A stretch of 64,000 nucleotides of DNA, taken from Eledone cirrhosa (lineage: Eukaryota). A program made the position numbers and the translations under genes. The stretch is from positions 14,012,001 through 14,076,000 of the forward strand of contig OZ024740.1 in NCBI GenBank assembly GCA_964016885.1, written 5' to 3'. This document shows positions 15,001 to 28,030 of this stretch, in pieces (position 1 is the stretch's first letter; every line of letters begins with the position of its first letter). The notes under the pieces are model-generated. The model was not told the DNA's origin. It made no database searches and was given only the letters and a program-made list of their open reading frames with translations.

Positions 15001-18000
15001 ATAGGGTGGTGTGGTAGAGATAGGGTGGTATGGCAGAGATAGGGTGGTGTGGCAGAGATAGGGTGGTGTGGCAGAGATAGGGTGGTGTGGTAGAGATAGG
15101 GTGGTGTGGTAGAGAAAGGGTGGTATGGCAGAGATAGGGTGGTATGGCAGAGATAGGGTGGTATGGCAGAGATAGAGTGGTGTGGCAGAGATAGGGTGGT
15201 GTAGTAGAGATAGGGTGGTGTGGTAGAGATAGGGTGGTGTGGTAGAGATAGGGTGGTGTTGTAGAGATAGGTTGGTGTGGTAGAGATAGGGTGGTATGGT
15301 AGAGATAGGGTGGTATGGCAGAGATAGGGTGGTGTGGCAGAGATAGGGTGGTATGGTAGAGATAGGGTGGTGTGGCAGAGATAGGGTGGTGTGCTAGAGA
15401 TAGGGTGGTATGGCAGAGATAGGGTGGTATGGTAGAGATAGGGTGGTATGGTAGAGATAGGGTGGTGTGGTAGAGATAGGGTGGTGTGGTAGATATAGGG
15501 TGGTGTGGTAGAGATAGGTTGGTATGGTAGAGATAGGGTGGTATGGCAGCGATAGGCTGGTGTGGCAGAGATAGGGTGGTATTGCAGAGATAGGGTGGTG
15601 TGGCAGAGATAGGGTGGTGTGGTAGAGATAGGGTGGTATGGCAGAGATAGGGTGGTATGGTAGAGATAGGGTGGTATGGTAGAGATAGGGTGGTGTGGTA
15701 GAGATAGGGTGGTGTGGTAGAGATAGTGTGGTGTGGTAGCGATAGGGTGGTGTGGTAGAGATAGGGTGGTGTGGTAGAGATAGGGTGATATGGTAGAGAT
15801 AGGGTGGTATGGTAGAGATAGGGTGGTGTGGTAGAGATAGGGTGGTATGGTAGAGATAGGCTGGTATGGCAGAGACAGGGTGGTGTGGTAGAGATAGGGT
15901 GGTATGGTAGAGATAGGGTGGTATGGCAGAGATAGGTTGGTGTGGTAGAGATAGGGTGGTGTGGTAGAGATAGGGTGGTGTGGTAGAGATAGGGTGGTGT
16001 GGTAGAGATAGGGTGGTTTGGTAGAGATAGGGTGGTATGGTAGAGATAGGGTGGTGTGTTAGAGATAGGGTGGTATGGTAGAGATAGGGTGGTATGGCAG
16101 AGATAGGGTGGTGTGGCAGAGATAGGGTGGTATGGTAGAGATAGGGTGGTGTGGCAGAGATAGGGTGGTGTGCTAGAGATAGGGTGGTATGGCAGAGATA
16201 GGGTGGTATGGTAGAGATAGGGTGGTATGGTAGAGATAGGGTGGTGTGGTAGAGATAGGGTGGTGTGGTAGATATAGGGTGGTGTGGTAGAGATAGGTTG
16301 GTATGGTAGAGATAGGGTGGTATGGCAGCGATAGGCTGGTGTGGCAGAGATAGGGTGGTATTGCAGAGATAGGGTGGTGTGGCAGAGATAGGGTGGTGTG
16401 GTAGAGATAGGGTGGTATGGCAGAGATAGGGTGGTATGGTAGAGATAGGGTGGTATGGTAGAGATAGGGTGGTGTGGTAGAGATAGGGTGGTGTGGTAGA
16501 GATAGTGTGGTGTGGTAGCGATAGGGTGGTGTGGTAGAGATAGGGTGGTGTGGTAGAGATAGGGTGATATGGTAGAGATAGGGTGGTATGGTAGAGATAG
16601 GGTGGTGTGGTAGAGATAGGGTGGTATGGTAGAGATAGGCTGGTATGGCAGAGACAGGGTGGTGTGGTAGAGATAGGGTGGTATGGTAGAGATAGGGTGG
16701 TATGGCAGAGATAGGTTGGTGTGGTAGAGATAGGGTGTTGTGGTAGAGATAGGGTGGTGTGGTAGAGATAGGGTGGTGTGGTAGAGATAGGGTGGTTTGG
16801 TAGAGATAGGGTGGTATGGTAGAGATAGGGTGGTGTGTTAGAGATAGGGTGGTATGGTAGAGATATGGTGGTGTGGTAGATATAGGGTGGTATGGTAGGG
16901 ATAGGGTGGTGTGGCAGAGAATGGGTGTTGTTGCAGAGATAGGGTGGTGTGGCAGAGAATGGGTGGTGTGGTAGAGATAGGTTGGTTTGGTAGAGATAGG
17001 GTGGTATGGTAGAGATAGGGTGGTGTGGTAGTGATAGGGTGGTATGGTAGAGATAGGGTGGTATGGCAGAGATAGGGTGGTATGGTAGGGATAGGGTGGT
17101 ATGGTAGAGATAGGGTGGTGTGGCAGAGATGGGGTGGTGTGGTAGAGATAGGGTGGTATGGTAGAGATAGTGTGGTGTGGCAGAGATAGGGTGGTGTGGC
17201 AGAGATAGGATGGTGTGGCAGAGAATGGGTGGTGTGGTAGAGATAGGGTGGTATGGTAGAGATAGGGTGGTGTGGTAGAGATAGGGTGGTATGGTAGAGA
17301 TAGGGTGGTATGGCAGAGATAGGGTGGTATGGTAGGGATAGGGTGGTATGGTAGGGATAGGGTGGTATGGTAGAGATAGGGTGGTGTGGCAGAGATAGGG
17401 TGGTATGGCAGAGATAGGGTGGTGTGGTAGAGATAGGGTGGTGTGGTAGAGATAGGGTGGTATGGTAGAGATAGGGTGGTATGGTAGAGATAGGGTGGTA
17501 TGGTAGAGATAGGGTGGTATGGTAGAGATAGTGTGGTGTGGTAGAGATAGGGTGGTATGGTAGAGATAGGGTGGTATGGTAGAGATAGGGTGGTATGGTA
17601 GAGATAGGGTGGTATGGTAGAGATAGGGTCGTATGGTAGAGATAGGGTGGTATGGTAGAGATAGGGTGGTGTGGTAGAGATAGGGTGGTATGGTAGAGAT
17701 AGGGTGGTATGGTAGAGATAGGGTGGTATGGTAGAGATAGGGTGGTATGGTAGAGATAGGGTGGTGTGGTAGAGATAGGGTGGTATGGTAAAGATAGGGT
17801 GGTATGGAAGAGATAGGCTGGTGTGGTAGGGATAGGGTGGTATGGTAGGGATAGGGTGGTATGGTAGAGATAGGGTGGTGTGGCAGAGATAGGGTGGTAT
17901 GGCAGAGATAGGATGGTGTGGTAGAGATAGGGTGGTATGGTAGAGATAGAGTGGTATGTTAGAGACAGGGTGGTATGGTAGAGATAGGGTGGTGTTGTAG

Positions 18001-21000
18001 AGATAGGTTGGTGTGGTAGAGATAGGGTGGTATGGTAGAGATAGGGTGGTATGGCAGAGATAGGGTGGTGTGGCAGAGATAGGGTGGTATGGTAGAGATA
18101 GGGTGGTGTGGCAGAGATAGGGTGGTGTGCTAGAGATAGGGTGGTATGGCAGAGATAGGGTGGTATGGTAGAGATAGGGTGGTATGGTAGAGATAGGGTG
18201 GTGTGGTAGAGATAGGGTGGTGTGGTAGATATAGGGTGGTGTGGTAGAGATAGGTTGGTATGGTAGAGATAGGGTGGTATGGCAGCGATAGGTTGGTGTG
18301 GCAGAGATAGGGTGGTGTGGTAGAGATAGGGTGGTATGGTAGAGATAGGGTGGTGTGGTAGAGATAGGGTGGTATGGTAGATATAGGGTGGTGTGGCAGA
18401 GATAGGGTGGTGTGGTAGAGATAGGGTGGTATGGTAGAGATAGGGTGGTGTGGTAGAGATAGGGTGGTATGGTAGAGATAGGGTGGTATGGCAGAGATAG
18501 GGTGGTATGGTAGGGATAGGGTGGTATGGTAGGGATAGGGTGGTATGGTAGAGATAGGGTGGTGTGGCAGAGATAGGGTGGTATGGCAGAGATAGGGTGG
18601 TGTGGCAGAGATAGGGTGGTGTGGCAGAGATAGGGTGGTATGGCAGAGATAGGGTGGTGTGGCAGAGATAGGGTGGTATGGCAGAGATAGGGTGGTGTGG
18701 CAGAGATAGGGTGGTGTGGTAGAGATAGTGTGGTGTGGTAGAGATAGGGTGGTATGGTAGAGATAGGTTGGTGTGGTAGAGATAGGGTGGTGTGGTAGAG
18801 ATAGGGTGGTATGGCAGAGATAGGGTGGTGTGGCAGAGATAGGGTGGTGTGGCAGAGATAGGGTGGTGTGGTAGAGATAGGGTGGTGTGGTAGAGAAAGG
18901 GTGGTATGGCAGAGATAGGGTGGTATGGCAGAGATAGGGTGGTATGGCAGAGATAGAGTGGTGTGGCAGAGATAGGGTGGTGTAGTAGAGATAGGGTGGT
19001 GTGGTAGAGATAGGGTGGTGTGGTAGAGATAGGGTGGTGTTGTAGAGATAGGTTGGTGTGGTAGAGATAGGGTGGTATGGTAGAGATAGGGTGGTATGGC
19101 AGAGATAGGGTGGTGTGGCAGAGATAGGGTGGTATGGTAGAGATAGGGTGGTGTGGCAGAGATAGGGTGGTGTGCTAGAGATAGGGTGGTATGGCAGAGA
19201 TAGGGTGGTATGGTAGAGATAGGGTGGTATGGTAGAGATAGGGTGGTGTGGTAGAGATAGGGTGGTGTGGTAGATATAGGGTGGTGTGGTAGAGATAGGT
19301 TGGTATGGTAGAGATAGGGTGGTATGGCAGCGATAGGCTGGTGTGGCAGAGATAGGGTGGTATTGCAGAGATAGGGTGGTGTGGCAGAGATAGGGTGGTG
19401 TGGTAGAGATAGGGTGGTATGGCAGAGATAGGGTGGTATGGTAGAGATAGGGTGGTATGGTAGAGATAGGGTGGTGTGGTAGAGATAGGGTGGTGTGGTA
19501 GAGATAGTGTGGTGTGGTAGCGATAGGGTGGTGTGGTAGAGATAGGGTGGTGTGGTAGAGATAGGGTGATATGGTAGAGATAGGGTGGTATGGTAGAGAT
19601 AGGGTGGTGTGGTAGAGATAGGGTGGTATGGTAGAGATAGGCTGGTATGGCAGAGACAGGGTGGTGTGGTAGAGATAGGGTGGTATGGTAGAGATAGGGT
19701 GGTATGGCAGAGATAGGTTGGTGTGGTAGAGATAGGGTGGTGTGGTAGAGATAGGGTGGTGTGGTAGAGATAGGGTGGTGTGGTAGAGATAGGGTGGTTT
19801 GGTAGAGATAGGGTGGTATGGTAGAGATAGGGTGGTGTGTTAGAGATAGGGTGGTATGGTAGAGATATGGTGGTGTGGTAGATATAGGGTGGTATGGTAG
19901 GGATAGGGTGGTGTGGCAGAGAATGGGTGTTGTTGCAGAGATAGGGTGGTGTGGCAGAGAATGGGTGGTGTGGTAGAGATAGGTTGGTTTGGTAGAGATA
20001 GGGTGGTATGGTAGAGATAGGGTGGTGTGGCAGAGATGGGGTGGTGTGGTAGAGATAGGGTGGTATGGTAGAGATAGGGTGGTGTGGCAGAGATAGGGTG
20101 GTATGGCAGAGATAGGGTGGTGTGGTAGAGATAGGGTGGTGTGGTAGAGATAGGGTGGTATAGTAGAGATAGGGTGGTATGGTAGAGATAGGTTGGTTTG
20201 GTAGAGATAGGGTGGTATGGTAGAGATAGGGTGGTATGGTAGAGATAGGGTGGTATGGTAGGGATAGGGTGGTATGGTAGAGATAGGGTGGTGTGGCAGA
20301 GATAGGGTGGTATGGTAGGGATAGGGTAGTATGGTAGAGATAGGGTGGTGTGGCAGAGATAGGATGGTGTGGCAGAGAATGGGTGGTGTGGTAGAGATAG
20401 GGTGGTATGGTAGAGATAGGGTGGTGTGGTAGAGATAGGGTGGTATGGTAGAGATAGGGTGGTATGGCAGAGATAGGGTGGTATGGTAGGGATAGGGTGG
20501 TATGGTAGGGATAGGGTGGTATGGTAGAGATAGGGTGGTGTGGCAGAGATAGGGTGGTATGGCAGAGATAGGGTGGTGTGGTAGAGATAGGGTGGTGTGG
20601 TAGAGATAGGGTGGTATGGTAGAGATAGGGTGGTATGGTAGAGATAGGGTGGTATGGTAGAGATAGGGTGGTATGGTAGAGATAGTGTGGTGTGGTAGAG
20701 ATAGGGTGGTATGGTAGAGATAGGGTGGTATGGTAGAGATAGGGTGGTATGGTAGAGATAGGGTGGTATGGTAGAGATAGGGTCGTATGGTAGAGATAGG
20801 GTGGTATGGTAGAGATAGGGTGGTGTGGTAGAGATAGGGTGGTATGGTAGAGATAGGGTGGTATGGTAGAGATAGGGTGGTATGGTAGAGATAGGGTGGT
20901 ATGGTAGAGATAGGGTGGTGTGGTAGAGATAGGGTGGTATGGTAAAGATAGGGTGGTATGGAAGAGATAGGCTCGTGTGGTAGGGATAGGGTGGTATGGT

Positions 21001-21432
21001 AGGGATAGGGTGGTATGGTAGAGATAGGGTGGTGTGGCAGAGATAGGGTGGTATGGCAGAGATAGGATGGTGTGGTAGAGATAGGGTGGTATGGTAGAGA
21101 TAGAGTGGTATGTTAGAGACAGGGTGGTATGGTAGAGTTAGGTTTGTATGGTAGAGATAGGGTGGTGTGGTAGAGATAGGATGGTATGGTAGAGATAGGG
21201 TGGTATGGCAGAGATAGGGTGGTATGGTAGAGATAGGGTGGTATGGTCGAGATAGGGTGGTATGGTAGAGATAGGGTGGTGTGGTAGAGATAGGATGGTG
21301 TGGTAGAGATAGGGTGGTATGGTAGAGATAGGGTGGTATGGTAGAGATAGGGTGGTATGGTAGAGATATGGTTGAATGGTAGAGATAGGGTGGTGTGGTA
21401 GAGCTAGGGTGGTATGGTAGAGATAGGGTGGT
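1..21432 (+). repeat. 19-bp G-rich minisatellite/satellite array, consensus RTGGYAGAGATAGGGTGGT
   Basis: The unit is directly visible. A unit starts at base 1 and the last ends at 21432 = 1128 x 19. The array runs off the left edge of the window. Confidence 0.98.
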
Positions 21433-21477
21433 AAAGAACAAGAAATATTACTCTCAGTCGAAATATGAGATATAATT

Positions 21478-21628
21478 GTTTCTACGTTCGGCACAAGGTC
21501 AGCAAATACACAGTACATTACTGGTACTTTATTTTATCGACCCCTTAAGGATGAAAGGCAAAGTTAACCTCGGTGGGATTTGAACTCAGAATGGCAAGGG
21601 ACGTAATTCTTTGCTACAAAGCATATTG
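21478..21628 (-). mobile_element. Degenerate SINE fragment (octopus/cephalopod-type)
   Basis: CTGGTACTTTATTTTATCGACCCC..AAGGATGAAAGGCAAAGTTAACCTCGGTGGGATTTGAACTCAGAA matches the recalled octopus SINE core. A reverse-complement homolog is at 51517-51690. Confidence 0.65.
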
Positions 21629-21629
21629 A

Positions 21630-21930
21630 GTTTGGGTATTTTAGTGAGTGGGGTGGGGATTTGGAGTATTTTAGTAAGTGGTTGGGGATGGGGGTATTTT
21701 AGTGAGTGGGATAGGGGTTTTTTGTGGGTGGGGTGGGCTTATTTTAGTGGGTGGGACGGTGTGTTTTGTGGGTGAGGCGGGGATGTTTTAGTGGGTGGAG
21801 TGGGGGTATTTTGGTGGGTGGTGGTGGGTGGGGTTTTTTGTAATGGGTGGTGTGGGGGTATTTTAGTGGCTCAGATGGGGGTATTTTAATGGGTGGGACG
21901 GAGGTGTTTTAGTGGGTGTTTTAGGGGTGG
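21630..21930 (+). repeat. Degenerate G/T-rich tandem repeat (GGGGTATTTTAGTGRGTGG-like)
   Basis: Recurrent TATTTTAGTG motif between G runs. Confidence 0.7.
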
Positions 21931-22185
21931 TCATTCCTTACTAAGAGGACCAGGTAAAATGTCACAGAGTTCCGCATGTCAAGGTTCATGCTAGTTTTTA
22001 AGTCGATTACAGGAAAATATTCGAAGTCTCCCAAACATTTCCCAGCGAAATAAAATATTTACTCTACTCGAACGTATTGAGTACTACCTAGCTTCATATC
22101 TAGATATAGTTTACCATTGATAAATATCTGGCACTCTATTGATCTTTCTCTTTTTATCTCGATGTCTTCCACTCAATGGAAATTA

Positions 22186-22425
22186 ACACACACATACACA
22201 TACACACGCACACACACAGGCACACAGACAGGCACACATACACACACATACACAGGCACATACACACACATACACACACACATACATATACACACACACA
22301 TGCATACACACACAGGCACGCACACATACATACGCATACACACAGGCACACATACGCACACACGGGCACGTACACAGAGGCACACACACGGAGGCACACA
22401 CACAGACACACACAGACACACACAT
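22186..22425. repeat. (CA)n-type microsatellite
   Basis: Direct inspection. Confidence 0.95.
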
Positions 22426-22469
22426 AATGTAGACGTCACCAGGTGTTGTTATTAAATTATACATGTCCT

Positions 22470-22738
22470 GGGCCAACACCGGCTGAAACCTATCAAACTT
22501 ATCAAAGTATACATAATATACACGCGTGCACATACACACATAAACACGCACATACACACACATATAACATGTGTGTTTATGTGTGTATGTTCATCTGTGT
22601 GTGTGTGCGTGTGTATATTATGTATACTTAGAAAGGTTTCAGCCAGTGTTGACCCGGTTTCAGCCAGTGTTGACCCGGTTTCAGCCAGTGTTGACCCGGT
22701 TTCAGCCATTGTTGACCCGGTTTTAGCCATTGTTGAAC
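22470..22738. repeat. Fold-back (22470-22655) running into a 21-bp tandem repeat GGTTTCAGCCAGTGTTGACCC, about 5 copies
   Basis: GGCCAACACCGGCTGAAACC and AAGTATACATAATATACAC are mirrored by GTGTATATTATGTATACTT and GGTTTCAGCCAGTGTTGACC. Tandem copies lie at about 22635-22738. Confidence 0.8.
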
Positions 22739-22752
22739 TATAACACTGGGTG

Positions 22753-23028
22753 AACTATTTAAGGAGACCCTGACATTACTTAGGTGGGGGGTATATAATG
22801 TTACGGCGTGAAAACCAGCTGTCATAAGGCAAAAAATATCGTAGTGTGTATCAATTTTAAATTATAAAGATCAGCTAGTTTTTACAGTCTTTCTCCTCAT
22901 CTTCAACAGTATACATGAGTGGGACCACTGTCAAAGCTCAATAGTTGTAGAGTTAATACAGAGGTTAACGAATTAATATACACCCCCCCCCCCACACCTA
23001 AGTAATGTCAGGGTCTCCTTAAATAGTT
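22753..23028. mobile_element. Small element with 34-bp perfect inverted repeats (MITE or fold-back)
   Basis: AACTATTTAAGGAGACCCTGACATTACTTAGGTG at 22753-22786 and its reverse complement at 22995-23028. Confidence 0.7.
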
Positions 23029-23136
23029 TATTGATAGCATTGTTGTAATAATTGTTGTTATTGTTCTAATTGAATGCCATAACTACTCCATATTTTCTTT
23101 TCTTTTCTTGCCTGTGTATTTTCTTCATTCTCGCAT

Positions 23137-23242
23137 GCTCCGAAGATATGACTGGTTATAATTCTGTATTGGCGATCGAGTGACGCAAAATTAGGCGGAT
23201 AGCGATCTCTAGACATACCAGTTCAGTGAAACAAATGTAAGC
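23137..23242 (+). ncRNA. Hammerhead-like motif with CCGAAGA core variant and long stem II
   Basis: gct-CCGAAGA(23140)-tgactggt...accagttca-GAAA(23228)-caaatg-TA-agc. The frame is the same as the PLE-D pLTR motif at 59417. Confidence 0.55.
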
Positions 23243-23523
23243 TATGTGATTAAAAACTTTTTTGTATAGCAAACCATGTAAACCTTCTTTCCTGATTTAT
23301 ATATATATATATATATATTGTTATACTTGGGGAGGGTCATATTTGTGTAATATTGCCAGAATTAATAACGGAACACACTCACTGTTTGGTTGGTTTTCGC
23401 TTTTCACTTCTGTGTTTTTTATATCGGTAATCTAATTTATTCGGTCCTCAATGTTGCCATTGACTGACCAACGGTCAAAAATAATACAGATACAATTTAG
23501 ACACAAACACATATATATAGTTT

Positions 23524-23565
23524 ATCAAAGTTCTTTCGTTGCACATCTGCAACATCGTCAGTGGT
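23524..23565 (-). ncRNA. Minimal type I hammerhead ribozyme motif in inverted pLTR (family A)
   Basis: Minus strand: acca-CTGACGA-t-gttgca/tgcaac-GAAA-gaac-TT-tgat. Confidence 0.7.
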
Positions 23566-23863
23566 GCTATTGTTTCCTCCCGTTGCATTGTATTTTCTAC
23601 GCCATCTTTATTTAGTCTGTTTATATATTTATTTATTGTTTATTTTATTTTGTCTATGCGCATGCGTTTGCGTGTGTGTATAGTGTTTTGTTTGATGTGT
23701 GTTCGTGATTGGGTGACTGTGTATTGGTTAATGTATTCTATCTTTACTAGTGTGTGTTTATATGTGTTTGTTGTTATTGTGCTTGCGTATGTATTTATTT
23801 ATTTATTTATGTATATATATATATATATGGCAATAGAAGAGGTAAATATTTAAATCGTATGGC

Positions 23864-25305
23864 TAAAAAGACTCCCATGGGAAGGTGGATTGGGTGGACC
23901 AAAGCTATAAGGACCCCCCAAAACAATGATCAGGTAAGAAAAATGGTCGCACATGCAATAGGGGCTAGTATCAAAACTACCCTAAAGGGCCACATATTCA
24001 AGTTCAACGAGATCTACACCCAAAATGAGGGAGCAGCCATTGGCGTCAGCATAGCTGGTGATGTTGCCAACCTTTTTATGGTATGGTGGGAAAGGAGACT
24101 TAAAGATCTCCTTAATGAGAGCTCCATAGACCTCATCATGTACTCTCGTTACGTAGACGATATCAATATAGTTATAAGAACATCCCCACTAGAGAGCACT
24201 AACTAGTTTGATTTAGAACGTAGCACAATGGAAAGCATCCAGCAGATAGCTAATTCCATACACCAGAGTATAACTGTAACTATCGACTACCCTTCCAAAC
24301 ACCCTAACAATAGACTACCTGTATTAGACACGGAACTCTGGATTAACACTATAGACGAGAGAGCCCAAATTCTCCACTCACACTATGCTAAACCCATGGC
24401 CTCCAAATACCTGATACTCAAAAACTCAGCAATGTCCAGTAGTGCTAAGTTTAATATTCTGATCGCAGATTTGGTACGAGTGATGAAGAATGTGTCCCGC
24501 ATGTGCGACCAACAGAAATGGAAAGACACATCCAACACTTCATCAACCGCATGCAGTTCTCTGGCTACAACCAAAGAGACAGAGTCAGAGTATACGAAGG
24601 AGCCATGGAGAATTATAAGACCCTCATAGAACTGGACATGAAAGGAATTTGCCCATTACACAGGAGCAAATCATGGAATAGCTTAGATAGGGCTAGACAT
24701 AAGATAGGGAAAGCCACCTCATGGTACGACAACCAAAGATACCAGAGTGTCATGTTTGTGGACGCTACCCCTTGAGGGAAATTAGCTAACCAGTGTAGAA
24801 AGGCCCTGAGAAAGACCCACTTAAAGATTAAGGTGGTAGAAAAGCCAGGAACCACCATAAAATCCCTGATCAGCAAAACCTACCGTTTTAAGAAAACCCA
24901 CTGTACCAATAGGAAATGTATCATATATAAGGTGAACCCCCGGATAAACTGTAAAACTAGAAACGTAGTCTATAGCATAAGATGTACAGAGGGTACTTGC
25001 AGAAACATGACAACAACATACATAGGTGAGACAGCTCGTAGCATAGGTGAAAGGATAGACCAACACTGGGGGGAACTAAAAGGACGAAAAACGGGTCAAT
25101 ACTATACGAACATGCTAGACAACAACATGACGGTAACATAGACAACATAGAAATTAGAATAATATCTAAACATAGAAATGACCCAGCAGATAGGCAAATC
25201 AGAGAGGCCAATGAAATAGAACTTAGAAGGCCAAGACTAAACAGAAAGAATGAATGGAATAACAACAACACCCAAACAAACAACACTGACCTAAGAGAAG
25301 TATAA
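23864..25305 (+). pseudogene. PLE reverse transcriptase C-half plus GIY-YIG endonuclease, disrupted by stops and frameshifts
   Basis: ORF pieces carry GAAIGVSIAGDVANLFM, YSRYVDD, LPVLD, a Cys-rich linker and NVVYSIRC...YIGETARSIGER. Confidence 0.92.
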
Positions 25306-25561
25306 ATAAATAAATAAATAAATAAATAAATACATACACAAGCACAATAACAACAAACACATAAACACACACTAGTAAAGATAGAATACATTAACCAATA
25401 CACAGTCACCCAATCACGAACATACATCAAACAAAACACTATACACACACGCAAACGCATGCGCAAAGACAAAATAAAATAAACAAATAAATAAATATAT
25501 AAACAGACTACATAAATAAAGATGGCGTAGAAAATACAATGTAACGGGAGGAAACAATAGC

Positions 25562-25603
25562 ATCACTGACGATGTTGCAGATGTGCAACGAAAGAACTTT
25601 GAT
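25562..25603 (+). ncRNA. Minimal type I hammerhead ribozyme motif in pLTR (family A)
   Basis: atca-CTGACGA(25566)-t-gttgca gatg tgcaac-GAAA(25590)-gaac-TT-tgat. Confidence 0.75.
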
Positions 25604-26189
25604 AAACTATATATATGTGTTTGTGTCTAAATTGTATCTGTATTATTTTTGACCGTTGGGCAGTCAATGGCAACATTGAGGACCGAATAAATTAGAATAC
25701 CGATATAAAAGACACAGAAGCGAAAAGCGAAAACCAACCAAACAGTGAGTGTGTTCTGTTATTAATTCTGGCAATATTACACAAATATGACCCTCCCCAA
25801 ATATAACAATATTTGCTTCGACACACGATTTCATATAAAAAACCTTGCAAAACTAATTCATCGCCGTTATATATACATATATATATATATGAGCGGAACA
25901 AGTAAACATTAACCAATCTTTTAAATAAATTAAAATAAGATTTAAATATTTACCTCTTCTATTCCCATGACCGACGCTTCCGCTTATCAAAAGATTGGAA
26001 ATCAGAGAATTTCCAATGGAAAGATATAGCTCTTCAGATAGCTTTTCCACACTTACTAGATATAAATCCAAGTAAGTAGATGTATCGCTTTCTGCCCGGT
26101 GAATGAATCAAGCCGTTAAAATGACCCACACACAAATAGGCCGTAAGGAAAGCGGGAACTATAGACTCGTTGATATTTCATGTTACTAG

Positions 26190-26432
26190 AAATCGTAAGG
26201 GACCATATTCGCTAGGGTGAAAAATATACTAACTATTAACAATATGGTTTGCCAGACTTTATTTTAAATTGAGGACTGGCAAACCATATTGTTAATACTT
26301 AGTATTTTTTTCACCCTAGCGAATATGGTCCTTTACAATTTGAACACATGTATGTTTATATCTGTGTTTATCTCTCTTTTATATTCAATTATATTACACG
26401 GCTCAGAAAAACCTCTTTCTTTAAGCTATTTA
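26190..26432. mobile_element. Fold-back remnant of family F (same family as 42315-42755)
   Basis: Hairpin at 26190-26341 (AAATCGTAAGGGACC..CGCTAGGGTGAAAA and its reverse complement). 26290-26432 matches the reverse complement of about 42315-42456. Confidence 0.75.
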
Positions 26433-26449
26433 AGATATAATTTTATATA

Positions 26450-26523
<74 letters not shown>

Positions 26524-26532
26524 CATATATAT

Positions 26533-26990
26533 GAAAAAAGTTTGTCCTTCATCAGTGATCTTCCAACCATCATAGGCATTTCATCGCTTTAAAGACCATA
26601 TACCTCCGGTTGGTGCGAGCGACGGCTAAAAAAAGACGTTGGGACACGTAAATAAAGGGGACGCGAGGGTAAACAAACAAAATGGTGAAGCAACAGAAAG
26701 TGAGGAAGAAAGAGACAAATCCAAGATTTCTATGAATTTAATTCGGTGAAATCGTGAACGAGAGAATAAAGACCATCAAACCTGGTTGAAATGTAAGCAA
26801 GGAAGGAATTTCGCATAGGTCTAATGGGAGGAAGAAGGGGTCTGGTCTGCGAATTCGGTAAACATAAGTTCTGTGAAATCGTAGACGAGAGAGAGAAAAA
26901 ATTCATACCAGCTTGGTCAGAGTGTGGGAGAAAAGAATTACACACAGGTCAAACGGGAAGAAAGAGGAGGAGGAGAAGTAGTGACAGCGA
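26533..26990 (-). mobile_element. Non-coding repeat family E, copy 1 (pLTR-like, partial HHR core)
   Basis: Reverse-complement match to 28190-28650. TCATCAG lies near 26550 and the element abuts (TA)n. Confidence 0.75.
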
Positions 26991-27127
26991 ATGAGTGAGT
27001 GAAGGGTGAGGAAGAGGCTAACAGAGAGAGAGAGACTGCTAGAAAGGGTAAAGATACATAGAACGAAAAAGACATGTAGCAGCAGAGGAAAAAATATGTG
27101 TAAATATGAAAATAAGGGCGCTGCGGA

Positions 27128-27543
27128 CATACACACACGCATACACACACACACACACACACACACATACACACACACACACACACACATATATATACAT
27201 ACATACACACACATACACACACATACATACACACACACATACACACACACATACACACACAAACACATACACACACACATATACACACGCACACACACAC
27301 ACACACACGCATACACACATACATACACGCACACATACACAGACACATACAAACACATACACACATACACACACGCATACATACACATACACATACACAC
27401 ACACATACACACACATACATACATACACACATATACACACATACATACACACACATACACACACACATACACACACATACACACATACACACATACCTAC
27501 ACACCTACAGACACACACACACGGTCACACATACACACACACA

Positions 27544-27589
<46 letters not shown>

Positions 27590-27890
27590 AGATATACACA
27601 CACACATAGATATATATATATATATGTTTATGTGTGTGAGTGTGCGTATATGTGCGTGTGAGAGTATGTGTGAGCGTGCGTGTGTAGGTGTGTATGTATG
27701 TGAGAGTGTGTGTAGGTGTGAGTAGGTGTGTATGTGTATGTGTGTATGTGTGTATGTGTATGTGTGTATATGTGTGTGTATGTGTATATGTGTGTATGTG
27801 CATGTGTGTGTGTGTGTGTGTATATGTGTGTGTGTATGTGTGTTTGCATGTATGTGTGTGTATGTGTGTGTATGTGTGTGTGTGTGTATG
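27128..27890. repeat. Compound microsatellite (CA)n-(TA)n-(TG)n
   Basis: Direct inspection. Confidence 0.95.
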
Positions 27891-27968
27891 GGTGGCCTTT
27901 AGTGTCAGGAAATGTCATTGACATGTGTCACAGAAGAGAGTAAATGCCAGATTTGTATAACAGTGTCA

Positions 27969-28008
<40 letters not shown>

Positions 28009-28030
28009 TTTTATATATATATATATATAT

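Larger units (their letters stand above)
23317..25870 (+). mobile_element. Penelope-like element, family A copy 1: inverted pLTR, 5'-truncated RT/GIY-YIG, pLTR and tail
   Basis: 23317-23820 is the reverse complement of about 25305-25810. The coding remnant lies between them and (TA)n flanks the element. Confidence 0.92.

Noticed and set aside
1-21432. Telomeric repeat (contains TAGGG)
   Set aside because: The unit is 19 bp and TTAGGG occurs only as a rare variant. The G-rich strand points into the window, not toward the left end.
8364-21518. Long Pro/His/Thr-rich ORFs on the minus strand
   Set aside because: They are translations of the 19-bp satellite, whose C-rich consensus strand lacks stop codons.
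24773-24775. TGA/TAA/TAG codons inside PLE and Helitron ORFs as possible recoding (e.g. selenocysteine)
   Set aside because: The TGA at 24773 is GGA in the paralogs, other PLE stops are TAA or TAG and accompany frameshifts, and the Helitron TGA is followed by loss of coding homology. This is ordinary decay.
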